This document shows, piece by piece, positions 1 to 12,400 of a stretch of DNA of 64,000 nt (positions are counted from its first letter, which is position 1; the number at the start of each line of letters is the position of its first letter). The position numbers and the translations under genes are program-made. Source of the stretch: Octopus vulgaris (lineage: Eukaryota); contig OX597830.1 of NCBI GenBank assembly GCA_951406725.2, positions 22,072,001-22,136,000 on the forward strand, given 5' to 3'. The notes beneath the pieces were generated by a model. That model did no database searches. It saw only the letters and a list, made by a program, of their open reading frames with translations, and was not told where the DNA came from.

Positions 1-377
1 ACACAGGTGCCAGATGAGGCTGGCGAACGGCCACGATCGGATGGTGTTTGTTACGTGCCCACAGCACGGAGGCCAGTCGATGCGGTACTGGCTACGGCCA
101 CGTTCGGATGGTTTTCTTGTGTGTCACCGGCACTGGTACCACAAAGATACAAATTCCATCGATGTTCATCTATTTTGATTTGATTTGATTTGATATATAT
201 ATACATACACACACGACAGGCTTCTTCCAGCTTCCATCTACCATATCCACTCACAAGGTTTTGGGCAGCCTGAGGGTATAGTAGAATACACTTGCTCAAG
301 GTGCGACACTGGGACTGAACTCGGAACCACATGGTTCCGTGTTGGGAAGCAAGTTTCTTACCACACACCCTGCGCAT

Positions 378-408
<31 letters not shown>

Positions 409-619
409 TCTTTTATTTGCTTCAGTCATTTGACTGCGGCCATACTGGAGCACTGCCTAGTATTTACCTTATCGGTCATTATGCCAAACAGCTAATTTAC
501 GGGGACATAAACACCAATTGTCAACACAGATACAAAGACACACACACATATATATATATATGTACATACACGACAGGCTTCTTTCAGTTTATGTCTACGA
601 AATCCACTTACAAGGCTTT

Positions 620-1323
620 GGAGTCAATATAAAGATCTTCACCCGTCATAACTTTCGGTAAAATGAATATATATTGATTTTTTTTTTCTTTTTTGGATCT
701 TTACCCTTTGAACAGCAGATCGAGAAATTAATTTTTTGTAACTAAGCACTTTCAAACTTCGGACACTGGTATATAAAACATATTTTACTCTTAGTGTTGT
801 TGAGAGAAGTTTGTATTTTCAAAGTTATTTCGTGTTAAAGTTGTCGTATTTCGGTAATTTCAACCAATCAATGACGTGTATTCAGCTTAATAAAATTACT
901 GCTGTTGTTTGTCAACAACTTCTGGCGGTGTATATTTCGTTTTATCACTGTTATTTATGACATATTTCATCTCAGTTATGTTTGTATGAATAAACGAGTG
1001 TATCTGAAGCATGTTTACTTCATGGCACCACCACAATCATTCGTGCATTTCTACCGCTTTTAGTTTGTCTTCTTTTTTTTCCTGTTTTTCAGCTACTATT
1101 TTCGGAAAGACTTTTTCCCCCTACCCACCTCAAATTTCTTCGATTTTCACTTTTTTCTGTAATCCTAACCCTAAAACCAGTACAAACGCACGATTTTTCG
1201 TTTGTCACTGTTATTTATAACAGTGACAAACGAATAATACACCGCCGATAGTTGTTGTTGACAAACAACGCCAGTAAGTTTATATATATATATATATTCT
1301 TTCTTGAAAAAAATTGAAATTTT

Positions 1324-1354
<31 letters not shown>

Positions 1355-1783
1355 CCCCAGACCTTCAAGCAGGCTAGCCACATGCTAGAAACAACAGTCA
1401 AATCTCACAAAACCGTGATAACATAATGTAATCAATCTACTCATATCTTTCTGCAAAGATTTCTTTCAGAATAATTTCCCGCAGTAATTGAAATTTTTAA
1501 AATGCGATTTTTGAAAAAAATTTTTTTTTCAGAATCGGATCCTCCATAACCAAAAACGTGGGATTCCGTAAAAAAAAAAATATCTCTCTCTCTCTATATA
1601 TATATATGTATACATATACATATATCCATTTTACCGGAAGTTATGACAGAAAGTGCCCTCCCCATCCACCCTCCACTGTCGTCAGCGCGGCATTTTTTCA
1701 TATTCGTTTTCTACATACTTGTTAACACCCACCAGGCTGTTTTTTTTTTAATTCCTGGGTGAAGATCTTTTTATTGAACGGCC
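620..1783. mobile_element. Nested non-autonomous DNA elements splitting a SINE
   Basis: Degenerate TIRs aaagatcttcaccc (631) / gggtgaagatcttt...gaacggcc (1757-1783); inner element starts ggatctttaccc at 695; the SINE resumes at about 1784. Confidence 0.5.
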
Positions 1784-3144
1784 TTAGCTTTTAGAAGACA
1801 CTTTCCCAAGGTGCCATGCAGTGGGACTGAACCTTGAACCATATGGTTAGGACGCAAGCTTGTTACCACAGCCACACACTCAAACAAAAGATATTTAAAA
1901 AATGTCATGTATTCTAATAAATTCATAAATATTAGAGTTTAACTTTTTTTTTAATGGGAAAATTTCTCCCCTCGTTTTTAAGTGCGTAGTGTCCACAAAA
2001 ATCGACCAAATTTTTTTTTTGCTCCATTATTTCCAATTGTAACCGTTAAAAAAAAATCTGAAAACTCCCAGTCAAAACACAAACTGTAACTTATGTAAAC
2101 GACCTTTATTTTTTTTTCCAGAAAATATTAACGAATTTCATTTTTTTTATTCTACACGTGGTAATTCATACGACCATGAAAAATGCATTTTTAAAAAAAT
2201 TTTTCAAATTAAAAAAAATTAGGGGTAATTTTTCAAATTTATTTAAAAAATCGGAGACCGAATTTATTGATTAAATCCAAGCACAACAGACTATATTAAA
2301 TGTGTTTGTTAAGAAGAAAGATACTTAAAAAACAACATTCATCAGAGTGACAAAGAAAGGTGGGCGATCTTCCGGGGAGAAGGGTAATCAAGTGGTCGTG
2401 AGATAGGCTAAAAATAACAGCTAAATAGACCTTAAAACACACACCAAAAAATCTTTTTTTTTTTATTCTTGGTTTTGCATCCCGTGTGTAAAACACAAAT
2501 TCGCAAAAATCTTCTGAAAATTCCTGAAAATACTAAAAAAGTTATGCTGCGAGTAAATGGCGTTAAGTGAAACAGAATTCTACCTTCCAACACCCGTGCG
2601 TTCGTACGAACATGTATGTGTCGCACAGGCGCATGTCGGATTCGTTTATTCCCTAGGTGGATATTTAACAGGAAATAATATTGCTTACCTATCTTTTCTG
2701 GACGTTCAATCCCAATAATCTTGTCAAGATGCAATCTTCCAGCTTCCTAAAGCCATCTACGATATGAAGTTGAAGGTTAGTTTCAAGTAGTAGTTAACTC
2801 CCCTTTTAAGCTGTTCTTTTGAGCACTAGATGGCAGGACCTGTATTTTGGGAGGCGGGGATTCTTGACTCTTGAAATAGAGTAAAGTTCCTCGCCAGCTC
2901 AAAAGCCGCATTCCAAAGTACAAATAGCAGTGTTAAACTGAGCGACGTATTACCTCTTAGACCATTGGGGTAGGATTTTAACTCAGAATGCAAGGCGCAA
3001 GAATAAATAGCGCAAAGCATCTGATCCAACGTCCTTACAGTTTCAGCAACCCGACAATTTTGACGATTACTTTTTCGTCGATGCAGAAAGGGTTAAAGCG
3101 AAGTTGGTCTCAGCGGGATTTGAACTCAGATTGCAAAAGGTCGA

Positions 3145-3684
3145 GGATCTTTTCGGTTTGAACGGCAGTTTTAAAAAATAATTTCCACGTAACTAAACAC
3201 TTTTAAATTTCGTATACTGGTAGAATGTGTTTATAAAACATCTTTTTCTCTTGGCTTTATTGAGAAAATTCTATAGTTTGTAAGATATTGTTTTTTTCTT
3301 CTTCAATTTCTGCAATTTCAACCAATCAATGACGTCTATTGACCCTAGTATCGATCTATTGCATTTCAATCTGTTTTAGGGTTAGGGGTGGGGGGAAGGG
3401 TATCTTTTTTTCTTCAGAAATGTAAATAAACCCAATCTGTTTCTTAAACGAGGGACATATTCATACGGCACAGAATGTTTTATTTTTACCTCAATAGACG
3501 TCATTGTTTGGTTGAAATTGAAGAAAAAAACAACAACAAATATCTTACAAACCATAGAATTTTCTCAATAAAGCCAAGAGAAAAAGATGTTTTATAAACA
3601 CATTCTACCAGTATACGAAGTTTAAAAGTGTTTAGTTATGTGGAAATTATTTTTAAAAAACTGCCGGTCAAACCGAAAAGATCC
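3145..3684. mobile_element. Foldback MITE, GGATCTTTTCGGTTTGAAC terminal family (Merlin-like)
   Basis: TIRs ggatcttttcggtttgaacggcag / ctgccggtcaaaccgaaaagatcc plus about 200-bp inverted arms; same family at 40508 and 42715. Confidence 0.8.
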
Positions 3685-4356
3685 CATTGGTGCCAGGAAA
3701 CTGTCCATGAACCTAATAATGTAGCTATTTAATCTTTGCTGTTCAAGATCAGTTGTTTTAAGAACACCAGATTTAGTAAAAGTGTTATTAATGTGACATA
3801 AGTTGGCAGTGGGAATGGTGATAAATCCATCAACTGTTGATGAGTTGACAGATTCAACATTTGAATTGTAATTTTTCAATTTATGAACAATATCCTCAAT
3901 TGTGAGGGACGACAAGCGAATAACACCAGATGAATTTTTAGTTAGCATAGCATTAATACCTACTGCAATCTTAATGAATAATTGTTCATGGACAGGCAAA
4001 GAAGTGAGAATATAACATGCTTTTTGAGTTAATGAGCCAATTGTGGCGCCCTGCCTGATGACATAAAATATATCAATATCTGGTTGCTTGTAGTTGATAA
4101 AATCATTCATTGCACCTCCAGTCCCCCATAAAAACACAGGTTCTGCATCTGGAATTCTGTGAAGATTCTTCTGCTATTTTTAGAGAGTTAGGTGAAAAAG
4201 GCAGAAACTACAGGAACAATAGTTAATAAGTGCTAGGTACCCAATATCTTGTCAGGACAATATCAGGAGTGTATGTGCGTTTCCAAGGGTACAAAAAGTG
4301 TAAAATATAAACAAAGGCATATCTACAAATGTGCACCCCCACCAGTAAAAAAATGG

Positions 4357-4505
4357 GGCGTAACTTCGGTATAAGTACCGGATACATTTCAAGAAAGTGT
4401 TTTTTTATATATATATATGGAGGGATAGGGGTGGGAGAAAAGGGTTTCTGTTATCTTCAGAAATGTAAACAAAGCCACCTCCGGTACTTATACCGAAGGA
4501 TCGCC
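4357..4505. mobile_element. 149-bp MITE, GG...CC termini, 8-bp TSD (Merlin-like)
   Basis: TSD aaaaatgg on both sides; TIR ggcgtaacttcggtataagtaccgga / tccggtacttataccgaaggatcgcc. Confidence 0.8.
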
Positions 4506-4559
4506 AAAAATGGATACTTTCTAACAAAATTCTCATCGAATACTTAGATGCTGTATATT

Positions 4560-5540
4560 CAGAGTATATAGAGATTTGTTGGAAAGAATTTTTCGAGAAG
4601 TTGGTGAGAGGAGTTTCGGAAAATTCACACGACCCGAATTTATTCCCTCATAACTTTCAGGAAAATGAGTATCTTTTAATGAAAGTTTATACAAATACCT
4701 TCCAAACAGCATAGATTACGATTATGAAGAAATTTGCAGGAATTTTTTTCTGGGTCGGGAGAGGAGTTTCGGATTAGGAAAGTTGGAATTTCTCCATTTT
4801 GACGGGGATTTTTCCAAATTTTTTTTTCTTTTTTTTGTCATTTTGGTGACCGGGCACTAAACTAGATCCTGAAAGTTATGAGAGGGGAAAACTGATCATG
4901 TGAACTTTCCGACAGTTCTCTCCCCACCCCTTTGGAAAACATTTTCCCCACAAATTTCTTTTTAACCGTAATCTATGCTGTTTGAAAGGTATTTCTGTAA
5001 AATTTCATCAAAAGATATCCATTTTCCTGATAGTTGTGAGGAGGAAAAAACGGATCGTGTGAATTTTCCGACAGTTCTCTCCCCATCCCTTCGGAAAATA
5101 TTTTCCCCACAAACTTTTATAATCGTAATTTGTGCCATTTGAACGGTGTTTCTAAAATTTTAATAATATATATCCATTTTCCTGTAAGTTATGAGGGAAA
5201 AATCGGATCTTGTAAATTTTCCAAAGGTCCTCTCCCCACCCATCCACCCCTGTTCGTTTGTGCAAAAATATTTTTTTCGTATTCGTTTTCTACACATTTT
5301 CTTTTTACAGCTAATAAGTGTTTGTCCCCCACCATCGCTTGACAACTGGTGTTTCTAAAATTTTAATAATATATACCCATTTTCCTGTAAGTTATGAGGG
5401 AAAAATTGGATCTTGTGAATTTTCCAAAGGTCCTCTCCCCACCCATTCGTTTGTGCAAAAATATTTTTTTCGTATTCGTTTTCTACACATTTTTTTTTAC
5501 AGCTATGTGTTTGTCCCCACCATCGCTTGACAACTGATGC
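4560..5540. repeat. Decayed foldback element with internal tandem sub-repeats
   Basis: 4590-4800 is inverted relative to 4870-5160; about 200-bp tandem duplication 5146-5347 / 5348-5535. Confidence 0.55.
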
Positions 5541-5599
5541 TGATGTGTTTACGTCCCTGTATTTATTTATTCCTGCGCTTTGCATTCTGAGTTAAAATC

Positions 5600-5870
5600 C
5601 TATTTTCTTCACAAATGTAAATAAACCCAATCTGTTTCTTAAACGAGGGACATATTCATACAACACAGAATGCTTTTTAACTCAAAAGACGTCACTGATT
5701 GGTTGAAATTGCAGAAAAAAACAACAAATATCTTGCAAGCTATAGAATTTTCTCAATAAAGCCAAGAGAAAAAGATGTTTTATAAGCACATTCTACCAGT
5801 ATACAAAGTTTGAAATTTTTTAGCTTCTTAGAAATTATGTTAAAAACAGCCATTCAAACCGAAAAGATCC
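5600..5870. mobile_element. Partial copy of the GGATCTTTTCGG MITE
   Basis: Ends cagccattcaaaccgaaaagatcc; body matches 3410-3684. Confidence 0.7.
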
Positions 5871-6560
5871 TGGGAAAGATATAATAAAGAGTTTATTGGA
5901 GAAAGTAGTTGGTTTTGAAACACACTTTTTAATAGAAATAAAAGAGGTACGACTGTGATGATGGCTAGGAATTTTATCACCAGTTCTCAACCCTATCGAA
6001 AATCTTTCTAGTGATGGTGCCCAGAAAAATGCATTCAGTACATGCCATAACAAAAGTGGTTGGCATTAGGAAGGACATGCAGTCATAGAAACCATACCAA
6101 CATGGAGAGAGTCTGGCAAAGGAGAATGATATTAAATTCAAAAAGGTTTTCAGTTTTCCCTTTTATCTAAAATTTTTTTCAGATTTATGTTATGTACAAT
6201 TTTAAAGAATCATAATTACATATGGTGACTGACTAGGGAGTCAAAAGCACCGAAAGTTTAAGAAATAGATTAGTCTCAACAAATTGAGAAACATTGCTAA
6301 GATATAAACCGGCATCTCACTACAGTAGGCTGTTTTGATGACATAACCAGGGAAGTTAGTATACCCCAACAAATCTGAAAGCTATATGCCAACAGACCAT
6401 TTGTCCCTGATATGTACAATCCAACCGAACAGTTTTTTAAGGAAGGAGAGAAGATACGAAGGAGGAGCAGGCCCATCAACTCTACATGCTCCAAATACAA
6501 ACATCAATAGGGTCTTCTTACCGGTGAAGACACTAACATAACAGCAGTAACAGGGATTCA

Positions 6561-6790
6561 AAGGTAAGCTGGCAGAACCGTTAGCATGCCGGGCGAAATG
6601 CATAGCCGTATTTCGTCTGCCGTTACGTTCTGAGTTCGAATTCCGCCGAGGTCGACTTTGCCTTTCATCCTTTCGGGGTCGATAAATTATGTACCAGTTA
6701 TGCACTGGGGTCGATGTAATCGATTTAATCCATTTGTCTGTTCTTGTTCGTCCCCTCTGTGTTTAGCCCCTTGTGGGTAGTAAAGAAACA
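6561..6790 (+). mobile_element. SINE family B
   Basis: gctggcagaaccgttagc..gagttcgaattcc head; imperfect TSD aacagg(g)attca. Confidence 0.8.
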
Positions 6791-6901
6791 GGATTCAGAG
6801 AGAGTAAAGGAAACAACAGAGGTATAAAGCAAGGTAAGAAGAGTACATGAAGCAGTGAGAAATGACAATCAAAATCCTTTGTGTTTTTGTAGTGAATAAA
6901 A

Positions 6902-6907
6902 TTTATT
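6902..6907 (-). terminator. Putative polyadenylation signal AATAAA of SAFB-A
   Basis: Lies at the end of the 3' UTR homology shared with copy B (46395-46400); similarity ends about 25-30 nt downstream. Confidence 0.5.
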
Positions 6908-7152
6908 TTTCCATATATTACATTCTATGTGGTCTCTTTTTACTTCTTTATTACATTCTTTGGTTGCTCTTTTCCCCCCTCTCCCACCACCTAGTAAATA
7001 CAATGTCTGGGTTCTTCCCCCATCTCCTCTTTCATTGTTAATATATTCAAATAAGTGAAGTAGGAGAAATAATAGAAAGATAAGAACAGAATGCAGGAAA
7101 TAAATAAAGACAGTAAAAGAGGAGTGGTATGGAGATAGGAAGAAGGGTCTGA

Positions 7153-7205
<53 letters not shown>

Positions 7206-7217
7206 CATACATACACA

Positions 7218-8849
7218 CACCCAGAAACACAATAATAGCTTAGGAGTGAAATTAGGATTTCTTGGTTTTCTGTGAATTGATTTTGATAAACTTTTCCCAG
7301 CTTTCATTAACCTGTGTTAATGTTTTTTTTTTGTTTTTATTTCAGATTCTTCAGTTTTTGGGTGAACCACGCTAACAGCTTTTGAATGAAGACAGCCCAT
7401 CTAGACATTTTTTTCCCCAAAAATGAAGGATAATGATACATATTAAGTATGCATTGTGTATATATTTAACAGAAAACCATAATAATAATATAATATTTAT
7501 TGACATAATGAATTATTTAGCCACATGAGAGTCAAAGAAGAAATGATCCAATTGTGGGACCACCAAGACTATGACAGTTAGGGATTTAAGGAATATTAGC
7601 TGCAACTTATGTGGGAAACCTGCACAAACAAGCAAAGCCATTTTCACTGCCTCCAGACTTCCTCATGTACCAAAACCCACCAGAAATCACATCCTTAGGA
7701 CCATGGCTTCAATGCGACAACACCTGAAACTGCCTCGTCACAGGAGTTTGAGGCTTCAATGGGCCCAATGGTATGACATTAAACTCAGTTGTGTTCTATT
7801 CACTGATGAAACCAAGGCGACCCTTGACGAACCTGATGGTTGGGCAAAAAGGTTCGGTCTATTTTGGAGATGAGCGTCACCAACGTTTACGACATCAACA
7901 ACAGGGTGAGGGAGTCATGTTGTAGGCTGGTATCATTGGGGACAGACTTGTTAGCCCAGTCAGGGTGCCTGAAGAGGTTAAAGTGACTGTAGCAGCCTAC
8001 TGCAATCTCCTGAAGGAGGTCTTGGATCCCTGGTTAGATGACATACTGCTGTCACTTCTAAAGAATCTCGTATTCATGCATGACAATGCTCCCTCCCACT
8101 CTGCTAGGACCACCCAAACATTCCTAGGGCCTTACAACATACAAGGTGAGAGGTTGATGGTGTGACCATGAGCATCACCAGTTCTCAACCCTATTGAAAA
8201 TCTTTGATCCATCATTAAACAAGATGTTTATGCCAATCTACGTCAAAAGATGTTTTATGGGCGACCATCAAAGCTGCTGAAGAGACAGTCCAACCTGCTG
8301 CTATTAAGAAATTCCTTTCTATTATAATAAGCACAAGGCCTGAAATTTCAGAGTATGGGGTCAGTCGATCGGATTGACCCCAGTACACAACTGGAACTTA
8401 ATTTATGGACTCCGAAAGGACGAAAGGAAAGTTGACCTTGGTGGTGGAATTTGAACTCAGAACACAGATGAAATACCACGAAGCATTTTGCCTGGCATGC
8501 TAACAATTCTGCCAGCTCGCTGCCTTCTATGACTAGTATGGTTTTTGAAGTTATCCGTCAGAATGGTGCTCATGTGGCTAAATAATTCATTATGTCAATG
8601 TTATAATATTATGATGGTTTTCTTTTAAATATATACTCAGTGTATGCTTAATATGTATCATTATTATTCATTTTCTGAAAACAAATGTCTAGATGGGCTA
8701 TTTTCATTCAAAAGCTGTTAGCGTGGTTCACCCAAAAACTGAAGAATCTGAAATAAAAATAGAAATTACGGTACACAGAATAATAAAAACATAACGGAAA
8801 ACTGAGAAATCCTAAATTCACTCCTAAGCTATTAGTGTGATTCTGGGTG
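7218..8849 (+). mobile_element. Decayed Tc1-family DNA transposon with DD37E spacing (TRT-like) and long TIRs, inserted in the SAFB-A 3' UTR
   Basis: TIRs of about 280-310 bp (7218-7528 / 8568-8849) ending cacccagaa..ttctgggtg|TA; transposase relics VLFTDETKATLDEPDGW, FMHDNAPSH, SPVLNPIENL; 37 codons between D and E; stops and frameshifts. Confidence 0.85.
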
Positions 8850-9081
8850 TATGTGTACACACACACATTTGTGTGTGTGCACATGTGTCAGTTAAAAAAA
8901 TATGGAAGGACAGAAATATGATTGGATGCTCAGGAACCAAACACTAAGTGACAATTGGAATGAAGGTTGGGGGTGATATATGGCTGTAGGGCAGGGTTTT
9001 ATTATCTGTCTCAGGTTCCATCTGCCCCTCCGAGTCAAACACCCTGCCAAGACTCCCACCCCTTGGTCCTCAGTTTGGGTT

Positions 9082-9425
9082 TCACATGGATCCCATAATG
9101 TTGTAAACATTAAAGCGAGGCTGTTGCACACGTCCACCCATGTTGTTGCTACCACCATGTGTATTCATCATCATCATCCCACCTTGTGGTTGAGAGCTGC
9201 CAAACATGTTACCAGGTCTCTGTTTCTGCCCCATCCCACCACTGCTACTACTGGCAACAAATGCTCCAGTAGCATCTCGCCCTGTTGTGTTCATGGGGTT
9301 ACCAAGGCACCGGTCATTGGGTCGGATCATATCACTGTTCATGTTTCCATGCATGTGGGACCAGTTTTCCGCTTTCCTATCTACACTGCCAGACCCCCAA
9401 GAAGGTCTCTGCTCAGGCCCACCAC
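9082..9425 (-). CDS. SAFB: SAFB-A last coding exon, G/M-rich tail ending PRFNVYNIMGSM*
   Basis: tttag acceptor, phase 1; paralogous to 46873-47222. Confidence 0.88.
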
Positions 9426-12400
9426 CTAAAAGGAAGAAGACAAGAATTAAAAAAAAAAGAAAACATATTCTTTATTAAAACACAAATATGATAAAAGTTT
9501 TCAATAAATTCATTTTTTTCTAACAGAACAAGAGATACCTACAGAGAAGTGGGCTGATGAATGTAGAGACAGAGATATAGGGAAGAATAGGGTTCTGAGG
9601 ATGTAGTGAGTGATATATATATATATACAGATGAGAGCTGGAGAAATGAATAGGGAAGGAGACAACTAGAGAAAGGAAGACAGCTTCAGATAATATAGAC
9701 ATATAAGTGCAGGCGTGATTGTGTGGTAAGAAGCCTGCTTCCTAACCACATGGTTCTGAGTTCACTTCCACTGCATGGCACCTCGAGCAAGTGTCTTCTA
9801 CTATAGCCTCAGGCCAGCCAAAGCTTTGTCAGTGGATTTGGTAGACAGAAACTGAAAGAAGCCCATTGTATGTATATAAGTATATATGTCAGTGGATTTG
9901 GTAGACAGAAACTGAAAGAAGCCTGTTGTATGTATATAAGTATATATGTGTGTCTGTGTGTGTTTGTCATTGTGTCTGTTTGTCCCCCCCACTGCCACTT
10001 GACAACTGGTGTTGGTGTGTGTCTCCATAATTTAGCAGTTCAGCAAAAGAGACTGACAGAATAAGTACCAGGCTTAAAAAATAAGTATTGGGTTTGATTC
10101 ATTCGAAAAAGGTTAAGGCAGTGCCCCAGCATGGCCACAGTCTAGTGATCGAAACAAGTAAAAGATGAAAAAGATATCGTGAGAAAACAATGAAAATTTA
10201 CCAGAAGTTCTCATTCGACCCGATCTATTATGAGCTGGAATAATTTGTCTGTCGATATCTCTTCCTCGGTCAGGACCATTAAATCTTCTATCGAGTTCTC
10301 CACTTGGTCCCATATCTCTTCTGAACTCGTTGGGCATCCTGGAAATAAAGGTAAATCAGACACAACATGTTGAACAAGAGGCGCTTTGTTATTACGTATG
10401 CAACATGGTGTGTAAATCAACACCAACCTGCATTTGTAGTTAAAAGCAGCAGTAAAAAAATTTCGGGTTTCAATAAAGAGCAAAATTACCGATTGAGATG
10501 ATCATCTGTTAGAAACTGGTCATCAGGTCGTCTTTCACCACTACCTCGAAAATCTCGGAAAAGATCCATCTCCCTTCTCATCATTTCTCTTTCTTTATAT
10601 TCATTGAAACGGCCTCCAGTTTCTCTGCCCTCCCTTCTTTCAAAACGGTCCATTTGTCTTCCATAATCTGGTTCCTCAAGTTGTTCAAAGCTGAGAGAGA
10701 GAGAGAGAGATAAAAAAAATGGATGAAATAATATATAGCCTAAGGCAGTGCTCCAGCATGGTCATAGTCAAATGACTGAAAGAAGTAAATGAACACACAC
10801 ACACAATCATCATCATCATCATTATTACTCTTATTACTGTTATTTAACATCTATTTTCCATGTTTGTATGGGATACATGGTTTGACAAGATCTAGCGAGC
10901 TGCAAGGCTATGTCAAGCTACTATACCAGAATTGGCATGGTTTCCATAGCTGGATGCCCTTCCTAATGTCAACCACTCTGCAGAGTGTACTGGGTGCACT
11001 TTTCATGCCACTGGCACTAGTGAGGAAAGCTATGTAAACTTGAAGGACTGAAAAAAAAAGAAAGAGACAGCTCCCACTACTAAGAAGGAAGTGTTTGAAA
11101 GGGGAAGCAGAGTTGGGTAGCTTCATGCCAAGTGTTGAAAGGCTAAAGTATGACAGAGGACCAAGTACAGGCATCTTGCTATAAAAGGAGGTAAAATGAA
11201 GGTAATGATTTGGGCTAGGGCAAGGTACAAGAGGGTGAGCACAAGTGAGGATATGGACAGTGGGTCATAGGGGAGGAGGTGCGATTGGATACTTTCATAA
11301 GGGTGTGGGGAAAACAAAAGATAATTAAAGACAAAGATGAAGGTGAATATAGTAAGTAATGAACAAGGACAGAGGTGTGTTTGAAGACGAATACCAGTAT
11401 GAAGAGGGGCAAGATAAGAGATATGAGAGTGGCTCAAGAAGGGTATAAGACCAAAAAGTAGTGGGGTGATGTACAAGGTCTGAGGGTAGCAGAGTGGAAG
11501 AGGTTTAAAAATGGAGTATAGCAGCAGGAGAGAGCAGTAGTTGAAGGTATCGCATGGACGCGACTGGTGGAAATAATGTGGGCAGCGATTATGATGAGGA
11601 ATCGAAGTGGTTCAGGACGGGGGGGGGGGGTATAGAGAGGTGAACAGTTGTCAGTGAATAGAAGTGCCAATTCTGCTCTCAGATGATTATAGCAGCTTAG
11701 TAGAACCAAAGGTGAAGGAGTGATAGGTGTTAGGGGATGAGAATCAGGGGGATTCTTAAATTCTTGACATGTCATATAGAGAGGAGGTAAGGGCAGAGCC
11801 CTGTATAAACAAGTCATTTTAGGATACTATTTTTTTGCTGTAATGGATAGGTCTTCTAGAGCACAGTGAGACACCAATCATCTCATTTCTCTGTCATCTC
11901 CCCCTCAAGGCTCAGCATCTTGAGATCAAACTTCATTACTTCTTCCTTGGTCTTCCTGGGACTCACTCTTCCACAAGTTCCAGCACACTGACATTGCACA
12001 TCCAGAGCATACTAACCACATTCTTCGGATGTCCTCTGCATTCAAGGCCCATATCTCACTGACATGTGGCTTTGCTGTATGTACACAAGCATCATACAAT
12101 TTGCTTTTCACTTGGTGAGAGTGAACTTTTGTTGCCAACAAAGGTAATAGCTTTCATTCTAAACTTTTCTCTGTCTGTTCTTATTGTAGCCACTACTCTT
12201 TCAGAACATCCTCCTCCATTGCAAATTACATCACCTTGGTAACTGTTGTAACATAATTTGTTACATACAATAAATAAGATAACCAAACAACAGCAACAAC
12301 AATGTAATGAACTAACAAATCTCTTTACGAACCAATAATCAATATTCCTTATGAACTAATCAACTGACGCCACCCAACTTCACTCGACTCCAAACTCTGA

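Noticed and set aside
4870-5540. Spaced repeats resembling a CRISPR array
   Set aside because: Long degenerate sub-repeats of a eukaryotic foldback element; no unique spacers or cas genes
11040-11830. Long purine-rich tract with minus-strand ORFs (similar tract at 34030-34780)
   Set aside because: Compositionally biased decayed repeat attached to a SINE/LINE-type tail; no recognisable protein motif
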